Shown: piece by piece, positions 31,382-44,652 of the stretch
How the letters are laid out: every line of letters begins with the position of its first letter
Numbering within the stretch: the stretch's first letter is position 1
Assembly (NCBI GenBank): GCA_963693365.1
Contig: CAVNZM010000006.1
Coordinates: forward strand, 744,001-808,000
DNA length: 64,000 nt
From: Amoebidium appalachense
Taxonomy: Eukaryota > Protista > Ichthyosporea
Direction: 5' to 3'
Position numbers and translations under genes: made by a program
Notes under the pieces: generated by a model
What the model was told of the DNA's origin: nothing
Database searches by the model: none
Seen by the model: only the letters and a program-made list of their open reading frames with translations

Positions 31382-31839
31382 CGCGTGCATGTGTAGATGT
31401 GCATGTCTGTGCGCGGGTGTTTGTGTGTGGCCATGGCTGTGTCTGCATGTGCGTGCGGGGTGTGTGTGGTTGGTTGGTGGGGCGGGGGGTGGGGAGTGTG
31501 AAGGGGATAGGGGAGGGGTGATAGCTTTTGCATAAAAGGACTATGAGAGGTTATCTGAGGGCAAACACACGAACACGGATTTAGTTCTTTTCCTCATTCG
31601 CGCCAGACACACAACACAAGCACGCGCTACGTGCACACACGCCATATACACACACGCGAAACGGCACACACGAGTATGCACACACCCACATACACCTTGC
31701 ACGCACACACTCACATACACCTTGCACGCACACACTCACGCACGAGTGTGCACGAAAGTCCTAAGTTAAGGCAGGCACGCAAGCACAATGCACACACCTT
31801 ACAGCACGCCCGGACACACGACATGCGCACGTGCAGACA

Positions 31840-31898
<59 letters not shown>

Positions 31899-31970
31899 CC
31901 ATCACAACCACAAAACAGCGTTGGCATCCACCTCTGCATATCGAGGAAGAATCACCCCCTCCCCCCCCCC

Positions 31971-32001
<31 letters not shown>

Positions 32002-32118
32002 TTCCCCCCGGTCTCTCCGGTGGCTCACCTAGTCTGTCTTCCGCCGATGTCAACCTTTTCCGATGCTCGAGTCCATATGAGTATATATCCCGTGTTGGTG
32101 TTACTGATTCCCCCCTTA

Positions 32119-32182
<64 letters not shown>

Positions 32183-32235
32183 TCAAAGCATCATGACATC
32201 GAGAACCCCCCCCCCCCCCCCTTCCTCCCTCCCCC

Positions 32236-32266
<31 letters not shown>

Positions 32267-33060
32267 ACACAGTCCGCTACCAGGCTGGGCAGGATGCCGC
32301 ATGCCTTGTGACTGCCAAGTATACCGCCATCAAAGACCCACTTCAAGATGAAGTCCACCAGCACACACACATAAAGGTTGTCATCTTTGCCCCTCCCTCC
32401 CCCCCCCCCCCCCCCCCCCCTTCTCTCCCCCCCCCCCCTCCCCCCTTCCCCCCTTCCCCTCCCCCTCCTGGCCTTTCGAAACTCGGGCGCCGCGGATGGC
32501 TTGGGGCCCCGCTGAGGATGGGCTCTATATGTTGTGGATACTCTTTATGTGGTTTGTGCTCTGCATTGCGGCGTCCGTTGTGAATGTGCGCTTTGGACTC
32601 AATAACGCCCCCCTCCCCCCCCCCCCCCCCCCCCCCACCTTTCTCCTGACGTAAACCATGTATTAATGATGCATACTCGTGTGTGTGTGTGTGTGTGTGT
32701 ACATACTTCGGGGCCCGACCGGGTGAAGATAGGGTTGGATCTCATTGTGATTTGGTGTGCAACAGAAAACGGATCGGGTCGATTATGACGGCATTCACTG
32801 CCTATTGCTTGTTTGTGTACAACCTCTGTGTCCCTTCATGTTTTTTATTGCTTGTATGACTCATTCTCTACCCCCTCCTTCCTCTACCACCTATTAGCTA
32901 TTAATTTATGACAGAGAATAACAAGTTGTAACTTTCACACACACAACTCTCTTCAGCTTTCACCTGACAACACGACGGTGGTGGTGGCGGTGGGCACTGG
33001 CCTCTACTTTTTTGCTGCAAAGAATGGCACCCTCGTGCAGTCCATACCCTCGGCACATGC

Positions 33061-33137
<77 letters not shown>

Positions 33138-34117
33138 CACATGTGTATGGGTGTGTGGTGTGTGGGCGTCTGGGTGGGTAGGTGTGTGTGTGTATGTGCA
33201 GGTGTACTTGTGTGAATTTGTGTTCACCTTTCATGTGCATGTGTGCTTGTGCTTCTTAACATGTAAACGTGCGCCAGCTTTCGTGTGTGCATGCATGCAC
33301 CTGCACTTGTACTTGTGTGTCCATATGTGAGCTTGTGTGTGTCCCTTGACTGTGGGTGTACGATGGGGTCGGGGCGCAACCGTCGGGGGGGGAAGCGGCG
33401 GCCGGGGGGGGGGGGGGGGGGGGGGAGGGGGGGGGAAGGGGGGGGGGATTTGACTGATAACGGGGGAAGATGTATTTGTGGCTGGCATTTGTTGTTCCTA
33501 TTCCTATTGTGCATACCCTTGGTCTTTCCTTATTAGGAACTGGGATTTGGTTGTAGTCGCCAATTGGACGATTAAGTTTGAGGGCAGGCAGAGTGGGCAC
33601 CTCTTGCTGATGATTCCATCCTTTTCTTCTCCTTCATGTACCCCCCCCCCCCCACCCCCCCCCCCCTCTCCCCCCTTGGCCCCCCTCCCCCCCCCCCCAC
33701 ACACACACACACACACACCTACCCAACCATCCCCCCTCCCCCTCCACCCTCGGCCCCTCCCGCCGTCCCCTCCCCCCCCCAACACACACATCACGCACAC
33801 ATCAAACAAAACTCACACGCCCACCCACACCCACACCATCACACCACCCACCCACACCATCACACTACACCAACCCACCTACCTATGGCTACGCACACAC
33901 CCCTCCACCCACCCACCCACTCACCCCCACCATCACCTCACACACTCACAGGGACCATCACGGGGTTGGCGTTTGATGCGGGCAGTGAGGTTGCACTAAG
34001 CAGCAGCCGTGACCGCAGTGTTCGTGTGTGGACAAATGTGGCAGGCATGAAGGTGAAGGTGGATGAGCTGGCGAGGAGGTTGAAGGGGGAGACGAGCGAC
34101 CTGGTCAAGGTGTGTGT

Positions 34118-34169
<52 letters not shown>

Positions 34170-34171
34170 GG

Positions 34172-34203
<32 letters not shown>

Positions 34204-34665
34204 GCGTGTGCGTGCGTGCGTGTGTTTTTGATGACTTTTTGGTGAGGCCAGACTGTTTCATGTCGTGGTTGGTGTGCTCTTTCGCCTTGGTTCATGTGTG
34301 TACGCGTGTGCTCGAATATGTGCGTACGTTGTGTGTGCACGTGCGTCATATGGGTGTGTGTCTGTGCATGCTTGGGAATTTCTTCTTCTGCTTGTTGATG
34401 GCATGGGCTATCTGTGGGTGTACGGCAGGGGCCTACATGTGGGCCTGAGGAATGTGTGCATTTTTTTTCCTTTGCCTTTTGTCTTTTTGGCGGTGTGTGT
34501 GTTTGTTTGTTTGTGTCTGTATGTGCGTTTGTGTTGCGTGTGTGCATTTGTGCTTGTTTGTGTGTGTTAAATGAGGTGATGGCATTGTTTGTGCGTGAGT
34601 GTGCGGGTGGCGACGTCGGCAGACCGGGGTGGGCTGGCGCGCGGGCGGGTGTTGCGAAGGGGAAA

Positions 34666-34709
<44 letters not shown>

Positions 34710-34835
34710 ACCATATACGCACACGTGTCTGCAGTGTGTGTGTGTGTGTGCTGACACGTGGACGTGCAGGAGCGGCTTAAGCAGACTATTAAAGACCTCA
34801 AGGCCCAGGTCCAGGCCATCGAGGCCAGCAGCTAA
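24621..34835 (+). CDS. TBL2: Transducin beta-like protein 2 (ER-anchored WD40 protein), 14 exons
   Basis: Phase-consistent GT-AG exons: 24621-24689, 25497-25601, 26499-26619, 27087-27138, 27714-27834, 28363-28483, 29128-29203, 29791-29851, 30346-30411, 31139-31238, 32273-32376, 32957-33062, 33952-34109, 34770-34835. N-terminal TM helix, then [53 protein letters not shown] and a C-terminal coiled coil, as in TBL2. Confidence 0.93.
29255..29605. repeat. Intronic ~20-bp minisatellite
   Basis: Tandem units CATGCATCCAAGACATACAC grading into CATATGCAACACAAGGCAGA, in TBL2 intron 7. Confidence 0.85.
32476..32609 (+). repeat. Dispersed intronic repeat, copy B
   Basis: Homologous to 14173-14309. Keeps CpGs that are TpG/CpA in copy A. 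Confidence 0.75.
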
Positions 34836-35908
34836 ATTTGGGTCAGACAGTCCAAAAATATCATCCTGGTCTTCCTGATTAATTTCTTTTTAGATTAATT
34901 TCTTTTTAATGTCTTAATTGTGTATTGTCGTTTGCGACTATATTTTTGGATGCGCGTGCACCTCTTTCGTGCACGTGTATGGTTCATGCCCTGCTTTACG
35001 TTGCCTGTGTGTGTCTGTGTGTGTTTATGCGGGTGTGCATTTGTATGTGTGTATGTGTACATGTGCCTGTGTGTGAGTGGATGTGTGAAGGGGTTAGGGG
35101 GTGAGACGAGGTGGTTTTGCGTCGCATATTTCTCAATTTGTTTTTCTGTGAAAAATAAAAAATAAAAATAAAAATAATGTGCTTTTTTTTTGTCCGTTGA
35201 GGATGGAAATGGCTCTTGAGCTGCATGAATGCAAATATTGGTCTGACTGAACAGTTAATTTTTGTTTGAAATTTACCCTTGTTCGCGTAATTAATTCAGT
35301 ATGGTTCTGTTTTTCAATAGAATTCTCGTAACCCATACATCACCCGCAATACTGAGTGTTGCCTAAGTGTAACACGCTTCAAGCTGGCTTGAGGCAGTAT
35401 CACTGATAATGCTCAACAATAAAGATGCACGTGTGGCATACAGAACTGGTGACTGCAGCATATGTACACGTGTATTTCATTACACCACTACAACCCCGGC
35501 CGTTTGCGGTAACTTCACAATTACAACCCCACTAGTGTCTAATAGTGCTCATAGTGGTTGAAATGGCTCGCGTGACCCTCACCTTGCTCAATATCAACCC
35601 CCACAGAAAATTCTTAAGTATAATAGTAACAATCATTCGCGAGTACTTTACGCATCACACTTCACTCTTGCCACGCGGCTATGAACACGGAAGAACATAT
35701 ATATCAGCCGAGAATTCGAGCATAGTTTAACAACCAATCACAAGGCAGCCATACAAATATAAGAAGCTAGATTTCGATTCACCCGCCGTATGACCATTTC
35801 AAACAGCCACCCATGACACAAGGGCTATGGTCAACGCATGGAAATTACACACTTTCACACTTCACAACTCCAACATCAAGCACTGCACATCTGACTACTA
35901 TTATGATT

Positions 35909-37470
35909 CTACCTGCTGAGGGGCGGCACCAGCTCGAAGTTAAACATGTACTTCTTGACTTCCTCTGTGTGTGGGCCCTTGTGAGTCTTGGGCAGTGTGT
36001 AGCACACCAGCCTTATTGGCAGGTCACCCATGAAGTACTTAAGGCTCTTGTCACCCATGCCGGGGATGTGGCACAACTTCCAGTTGACAAAGTCCACGTA
36101 CATCTGGTGCATACTCAGGCTGTAAGTAACATCAGTAGAGTACTCGCTGATTTTGCTGCGCTCTGCCTTGCTCAGGGGCTCTGGGAGCATTTCCACACCC
36201 AACGTAGGTGGTTCCTCGCCGGGTGGGGTAATCACTAGGCGGTCGACTGTCGATACTAAAGGCATCACTACATGTCCCACTTCCCCTAACTCGTCACAGC
36301 CGGTGGTGGCGTGTGCCCCCGGTACGAGTGTGTTAAGCAGCTTGAAGACAAGAGCAGAGAAAACCTTCGCCATTTTGCCCATTTTGACGGCCTCCGTGGT
36401 CTCCACGCCCATGTACACAAATTCATCATTTGTGATGTTCTTGCAGCGCCCTTGTGCTTGGATCTCAAACACACGGCGGCCCTTTTCGAAATACGGGGCA
36501 TAGTATGGATCCGCCGGATCTGTGCGCAGTTTGATGAGAAAGCGACCCTCGAAGTTCTCGTTTTCAAACTCTACGGGTGCGCGGGTGTTTGCGAACACCT
36601 GCTTGGGTGTACTGCCGGTCAAGTCGTATATTTTGATGGGTATGTGGGGTGGGTTTGAAATGTCGACACCCTTCAGCGTTGTTGGCTCGACAACATGGCT
36701 GATGTCCGCATTGGAACTCTTTCTACGTATGTGCTTGATGAGCTGCATTCTGATGGGTATATAGGCACAACGGGTGCCAGTGTTTATAAGAAAGTAGTAA
36801 AGTGGGCCATAGAGAGCAAAAATATCTGGGGAAGAAAGATAACAAAAAAGCTTTATGTACAACTTGCGGGCTCCGGCCAATTTATGCAGTTGACTACAGT
36901 GCGGCCAGGCTTTGCTTTGCTCAGAAGTGCACGATCCCCCTAGCCCTTTGCTCTGATCTAGGAAGCACTTTTCTATATTTTTGGTTTCGCCTACGAAAAA
37001 ATCATGTATATACAGAACTATGATGAGTTAAGACTGGGTTTGCTTGCATGCATTCTGTAGTCGTGTTTTCCTGTGTGTCCTGCCACAACTAGGCCACCTT
37101 ATCAAAGAGTTAGAGACAGCTTCTGCGGGTTTTCTAGGGGACGGGCCCGTGGGGATTGTTTTCTCGCTCGGATTTGGTCTGCATTGCTCTTTAAAGGGCT
37201 GACTTGCTTGCTGTGCCCCGGTAGGTTTTGAGGGGGGCCTGTTGGGGGCCAGCAGTAATGATGTCTTCTTGCGGAGTGTGGCCTGGTCATCATCGCTGCA
37301 TATGACTAGTTGGAGCAAACTAGTTTCACACATACACGTGCACTTGTACCTTTGACCGCTGGTGTCCTTTGGTCACTTGTTGTTTTATTTTTTATGAATT
37401 CATTGCTGTGGCTCTTTCGAAGTCGGTTATTTTGGTGGTCATGTGGCCTGTGGCTGCACGTTGCCTTCAT
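35909..37470 (-). CDS. DUF1769-family protein
   Basis: Main exon 36749-35909: PVEFENENFEGRFLIKLR..YFEKGRRVFEIQAQGR..YMG.E..MPLVS...YVDFVNWKL..PG...L..FMGDLPIRLVCY, typical of DUF1769. Two upstream exons (37470-37350, 37305-37098) splice in phase and add a disordered N-terminus. These are less certain; the alternative start is Met 36748. Confidence 0.8.
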
Positions 37471-40171
37471 ATCCACTGGACCACTGATCAATAAATCCCA
37501 GTCAAGAGAAAAACTGTTAAGTACGGTTACGTTGGCACGAAAACCTGTAACCCAGAGTTCCAGAATTAGGACCAGAATATCTCACCGTGAGTTTAAATTT
37601 TAAAAAAGAAGAAAAAATACAAACTATTCTTTTCCTCGCAAATTTGTTCAAGGGAGATAGCACAAGGCAAGATCTGTGGCGGGATTCGAGACCTGGGCAA
37701 CCAACCAGCCTTCTTCTTACGATGGCACACATCCCCCGTGATCACCAACACAAAAGCCTTCATAATGTTAGAATCGATGCAGAGTTTCCAGCCGTAGATG
37801 AATATAGCACTTTGATTGATATAAATCAACCAAAGAAACTCTTTTTACAAACTGAAAGCCGCTAAGAATGATAATGCAGCATTAGGTCCTTAGTGGATAT
37901 CGTGATGACGGGAGTTGAGGGGGAAGCTGGTCACCAATGATCTTGGAGAAATACCTGATTTTTATCAGGCATTGCCGGGGTTTGGCGTTCTTAATCGTAT
38001 TTAGGCACATTCCGAGGATTGTGACACCCTTCAGGGTCGTATTTACTAATTGGATGGCTCCTGTTAATCGTGTTACGGGGTTTCCTAAATCGTATTTTAG
38101 GCCGATACCTTTCGTAACGCAAACCCAGATTTCTATTTATATTTTCGAACATTTAAGTCTTATTTGTACTGCATTTGATTGGACAATATTGTGGAATAGA
38201 AGGGGGCAAAAAAGTAAAGCGGCTCAGATCTTCGCCCAGAGATCTTGCCCAACTGCCCCAGCCCCAAAAAGCCTTACTAATGGAGAGAAAAGAACAATAT
38301 TTATATGTCTAATTTGTAGCAGAGTGATATTATTTCACAACTCAATATGGCTTTTAAGTGCTCAAGTTGCACAGGGCTCATTTTGAGGGTCACCGCAACA
38401 CTTCGCAATTGCACAATCGTGCACGTGAGTGGTTGACGTCACGCTGCCCACGAGCCAAGACCATCTACAAGACGAAGGAAACTGACTTGCAAGTTGGCGA
38501 TTTTTCAGGCTGCCAGGATCCTGCTGAGCTCAGTACGCAGATGTGGCACTGCAGGGGCATGCATGCGCATATGCAGGCAGCCCGCGGCCCGGCGGTGCCA
38601 GTCACGCCTGCTGAAGTGGGGGCACCATGCATAAAGCACAAAGCAGGAACCCACTGGGCCTGCATGTTCTGCATGGGTCTTCAAGTCTGCGCGTGGAAGA
38701 CCAAGCAAAAGCGGACACACGAGGGATGCTTCGTGTTTGCGCGATTGGATCAAATTCGAATGGCTACGTAGTCTGGCCCAACCACTTGGTCAATCATGTA
38801 ATAAATGTTTGGTTGCCGATCAAATTGTTGATTAGCCTAGCAGCAGTAATTGTCACATAGTGCGCAAACCCCACAGATTTGGCGCCCTTAACAGATCCTC
38901 TTGGGTGTTTGCAACAACAATACCTGCCCCTGCCCCCTTCTTCCCCCCCCCCCCCCCCCCCCCCCCTCCCCTCCCCTCCTCCTCCTCCTCCCGCTCCCCC
39001 CACCACAAAAAAAATTTTGAAAGAAAAAAGAGGAAAAAGAACTGTGCCTCACCATCTGCAGTGTGTGTATACATGCCCTTGGGTCGGCTTTTGTTGTCAA
39101 CTTACCTCGGGGCCATGCCTCCATACATGTCAAGATTTCCTAAATATCACTTTATAGGAATATAGGTGCTAGATAGGGCCCGGGATGTCTGGATTGTGAG
39201 GCCTTAGGCCCTGGTAATCTGCCCATGCCACGGGTTTGGGTGGGCCCCTCTTCCGGCTACGGCCGGCCCTTTGCCTACGCACTTTGTGGGGCCTGGAAGG
39301 ACTTTGATGACTAAGCTGCTGTTCCAGGCCCACTGAAAATGGAAACGGGTACAAGGTCACAGGAGAGGCCGGCAAGGGAACACAACGAGCCTCAAGGAAG
39401 ATCGACCTTCGAATTCATGATGTGCCAGTGCACGCCTGAACCGTTATTTCTGTTGTCACGCAACGGCCAGTGCTGGCACGTACTGACGGTCCCTGGGCTG
39501 CTATGAACTTACCGTTCGCCTCACACCCACACTCTATTTTTCCTTACACTCTCGCGACCGCGTGCATGCTTTCTCTCACGGCGGCTCTACGGTCCCGAGA
39601 GTCCAGTGTTCGCTGTGTGTGTAAGGAAAAATACGAGTCACCTCAGTAGGTGACAGCGGCCAGTGATGGCTCGCTTTGTATGTAGTGGTTTTACTTTCGG
39701 CAACCTATTGCCCATATTTCTTAAACGTCGTGGTTGAATACAAGTGAACGTCGTGGTTGAATCATGAAAGCCTCACAATCAAGTCAGAGTACAGCTACGT
39801 AGCGCAGGAGCAGTGCTGCCTGCTTGCAACGGTTGATCCTAAGGTCAGCGAATCAGATCCTCCCAACTTCTGGGCGGCTAAATTGAATTTTTGAATGGCT
39901 TCCTGACTTTTTTAGCCGCTACTCACTGCACTTGAAGAGCTGAAGACCAACTTTCCCTTTTAAAAAAAAAAGGCCAACTTTGTTGCCTGGAAAACGCTGC
40001 AGAAGCATCTCAGTTTTTTCTTTGTGTGTTTTCTTGATCACTTTGAGCGGAATGAAAATTCTCTCCGGCAGCACTATTATAAGCGAATCAGCGCCCATTT
40101 GAATGCGAATCCAACTGCATGCATGGTAGCAAGCAAGCCCTCCCAGTTTGATTGCTTTGTCAGGAGCAAAA

Positions 40172-40629
40172 ATGGATGTTGTTGTTGACGTGCTGAGCTA
40201 CAAGGAGCTCCAACAGGTGGCCAAGCAGGTCGGCCTCAAGGCAAACCAAAAGGTGCATTTATTCCTCTTTCTTTTTTTTTTTTTTTTGGTCAAATCCCAA
40301 GTGCAGTTCTGCACGACCAAATACTCCTGCAAAGTCAACCTTTCAACTCTCGTCGGCCGGTCTCCCCACCTGCTCGTCGGCTATAGCCCTCTCTCATTGT
40401 GTCGCTTTCGCTCAATTTGAAACATCACAAAAGGGGATAAGTTCTCCAGGATACACGCACTAGCAAACACAACGTCCCCAAATCCCTTCCCCAACATGCT
40501 TCAGTATAGCATAATTGCGCATCATATTTACGTTCTATGCCATTGCAGACGTGGCACCCAAGTCTGTGCCATAACACACATGCACATTCACATGCACATA
40601 CGTGAACATGACTTGCACACTAACACCTA

Positions 40630-40709
<80 letters not shown>

Positions 40710-42600
40710 AACACAAACACAAACACAAACACAAACACAAACACACATGCACACACAGTTCTCCTCTCTCCGCAAAGATGTGCGCAAGTGGCAACTGGCG
40801 AACAAGTAAGTCTTCGTATCCCTAACATTTTCTAAAGCCAAATTAGGGTGCACCACCCGATGACATAATATGTTACCATTCAATGATGGCTATGGCGGGA
40901 TTTAGCATCTACTGTTTTATATCCGACACAGAGGTTGCCACAAACATGCTGAGATATGGTTTGCCCTGAGCTTATTAGGGCTATTGTTTACTGTTCTGCA
41001 TAGCAAATACTCAGGCTGCCTTCTGACGAGAACTATGCCCTCAGGCTATATAAAACTGGGACGCTCTATCGGTGATAAGAGGCTGACAGACCAAATATCC
41101 TTATGACTGGATCTTTCATGCATGAGCATTCGATAGTACGTGCCCGACGGGGTATGCCTTAAGCACACCTTGGTGCATGGAACTAACTTTGCTGGTAGGG
41201 GTGGAAAGGAGAACGGGGATGTTGTTCTGACTCCATCCAAGACCCCAAAGGGAAAGGTTCAGGTGCTTTTACCCTTCCCCCCCCCCCCCCCCCCTCCCGC
41301 TCCTGATTCCGTCTCCGTGTCAACCTGGAACCATGTCCTCCTTCCTCACCCGCACCCTGCACTTTCAGACACACATCAAACAGCACACACAGTCACCAGA
41401 ATGATATTATCCGTGACTGGTATGTATTGCTCAATGATGCATGAAATTGTCGTATGTTTTTTTGGTACAATGGTTGCTTCACTGCATTGCGCTCTCTCAT
41501 AGTGGTGCATGGTTTTGTGGTGTGGGCTAAAATACGACAATTTGAAAGTAAGATGAATGGCGCCACTTTTTCCCCTTCAATATTTGAAACAATAGACCCT
41601 ACCAACCCTGTTGGATCATAAGAACATCCCCCCCCCCCCCTCCCCCCCCCCCCCCCCCCCCAAGAGTGGCCACTGACAGGGAAAGTTTAAGAACATGGGG
41701 CTATGGACCCCGGAAAATTATGATAACTATGCATAGACCCTGTTTCCAAAGTGCTCGTGATTTAAATTTCAGTCACCCCCTGTAGTGGTTCATGCATTCT
41801 ATTGTATACTACGTAGGCTTTGAGGGGTAACGGTAGTGCGTACTGCATGCACACGTGGTAATAGTGTTTCCATTTTTGGCAGGATGCCACCACCCCCCGC
41901 CTGGCCCTAACTCCGAGGGATCATCCAAAGAATCCAACCACCCCAAAGGCCCCCTCTGTCCGTACAACAGAGGTCAAGGAGGTAAAATCCCCCCCCCTCC
42001 CCCCCCCCCCCCCTCCCCCTTTCCCCCCTCCCCTCCCCTCCCATCTTCCCATCTCCCCCTCCCCCCGTTCCGTTGCTGTTCCTTGCTAGATAATTCTGTG
42101 GCTACGAACGTGCCAAACATACAGAGGTAGAGGATTTCTGTTCAAAGTGTACCTGCGCATGCTCGATGTGTACCCCCATGGGGTAGGGAGTGAGGATAGA
42201 CAACCCAGCCGAATTATACTTTGCAGAATACTCTGTGGCTATAAAAAAAACGGACCTTTGCATGGTTGGCGGTTAGGATGTACATAGGTTTGTGTCTACC
42301 AATGTGGCTATGGCACGGGTACATTGGGTAGGCCCGGTTGGTTGCAGGCGTGTGAGTGTTAATATAGTTAGCCTCTACAGTCCGGGTGTTGGGGGTTCGT
42401 GAGTAGGGGGACGGGGGAGGGGCTGGGGGAGATGAAAAGGTGGTATGATGGAACACGGTTTGGGATGTTTTTGCAATCTAATATCCAACTGCAATGCTTT
42501 CTGATTGGCTGCTAATCACGTGACAGGACCCCGTACCCGACCCCCCAGACCAACCAGAGCCACAGACACAACCCCCTGCCGAGGCCAATCATGCTACTGA

Positions 42601-42639
<39 letters not shown>

Positions 42640-43540
42640 GTGGATGCGGGGGAGGGGGGCACCGTTGTCCTGCTTGTGTGCTTGTGCTCATGTGAACCAA
42701 GCATTTGGAACCGGCAGAAAGTTTATAAAGAGAAGGGGAGGACGGGAGAACTTGTCTGTGTAATTTTCTGCTGTCCGCATGGCACTGGCAAGGGGGCTGC
42801 AAACAAGGGTGGACTTAGAGCACTCATGGGGCACTAATATGTCCTCTCTCTCCCTCTCGCTTTCCTTCCTCTCTCTTTCTCTCTCTCCCCCTGTGTGTGT
42901 CTGTGCGTGCATGTGCGTGTTTGGCCGAGTTACCTTTAATGAAGAATATGCATGGCAGCTTACCACATACTACCATGCCAACCACAGCACCCACTCACCC
43001 ACATCACATGCAGCTATCGTCAGCGAGGAGGATCTAAAGGCCCAAATCTACGCTGAGATCAAGGCACGTGCAGCAGAGCGCAGTATGCTAACCCCTTCCA
43101 CACACACACACACACACACACACGAACTCACTCACACGAACTCACTCACACGAACTCACACTCGCACTTTGCTGCTACCCATGTGTTAACCAACCAACAC
43201 CCCCCCCCCCCCCCGTGACCCCTATCTCCTCCTCCCAACGTTGTTAGAGTGCATTACTCTTAATTGCGCTCATTACCAGATTCTTGCAAACCCATCATTG
43301 TATGCTGCCTGTGTGTCTTTTCCATTTGATTAGTCTGCTGCTACTCCAACAGCATAAACACACATTTGCTTTGCACATGATATGTTGACCTGCACATAGC
43401 GATGAGTTGGGATCACGCACAGCACCCACACCATTTATGGTTTCAGGGGAGGAAGAGGAGGCCAAGGTTTGCAGTGAGGAGCCCAAGACGGCCAGCAAAG
43501 ACAGAAAGAGTCCATGGAAGAAGATGGTCAGCACAGCTGC

Positions 43541-43574
<34 letters not shown>

Positions 43575-44608
43575 CACGGTGGGTGTGGGGGGAAAGGGGG
43601 ATTTGGAATGGAAATCTGATCGTCTTTTGTTGTTCTGTGTGTTAAGGGTTCTGCTGCATGTAATGTGGTTGTGCGTGTGTTGGTGGCTAAGCAACCAACA
43701 CCGGGTTTGTTTGTGTTGACCGGGTTGCCTGTGGGTTAGGCGGCCAGGAAGGGGGGAGGGGGGCTGATAATTGGCCGGGTTACATGTATGGTTGGGCGGG
43801 GGGAGGGGGGTGGGGGGGTGGGCTGACATTAGCCTTGTTGAATGCATGGGTAGGTGGGGGGATGCTGAGTGTGTGTGTGTGCACAGCATGGAGAACCTGG
43901 AAGACTATCTGGCCAGAAAGAACCAGCGCAGGCACGAGCTCATGGTATATGAGCCCCCCCCCCCCCCCCCCCCCCTACCCCCTCCCCTCCCCACACACAC
44001 ACAAAAAAAAAAGGGGGGGAAGGGATGTGTGTGGGGGGGATAGGGAGGATAGTTCTCAACCCCGTAACCAAATGACACGCAGTCTCATCTTAGAAGACAC
44101 AATGTGCATTTCCCAGCACCCCTCTACTGCACCCATTCCTCCCCTGCAACCCAACCATTAAAAGGTGGTGCACTTGGTGTGTAATGGGTCACGACACACT
44201 CCAAGTAGAGCACAGACTAGCACTATGACAGGCGCCATTATGTGACTCTCAGTAGTGCTGTTGGTTGGGTGTAGTGTACACCCTGCACAACCCCCCCCCC
44301 CCCCCCCCCCCCTCCCCGGGCCGCCACCACACACATATACACACCTATCTACCCACCCAACCCAACTCAACGCTTCCTCAACCACATGGATCCTGACCCT
44401 CCCTTTTCCTCCCCTTCCCCCCCCCCCCACCCACACACACACATAACCATTCATCCACACACACACACACAACACACCAGTAACCAATACTCACCGACCG
44501 AATCTGATTGACTCATGAACCAATCACTCGATGATCTCCTTGACAAGAGCATTCGTATCAACTAACCACCTTTCCTCTCCCTTGCCCGTCTCCCCTCCGT
44601 TCCCTCAG

Positions 44609-44652
<44 letters not shown>

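Noticed and set aside
37500-39400. Degenerate transposon between DUF1769 and NUSAP1 (weak inverted similarity, GGCCC-rich patch, short ORFs)
   Set aside because: No convincing TIR/TSD pair or transposase motif.
41095-41102. ATATCCTT U12-type 5' splice-site motif
   Set aside because: It lies mid-intron in NUSAP1, not at an exon boundary, and the flanking exons join by GT-AG in phase.
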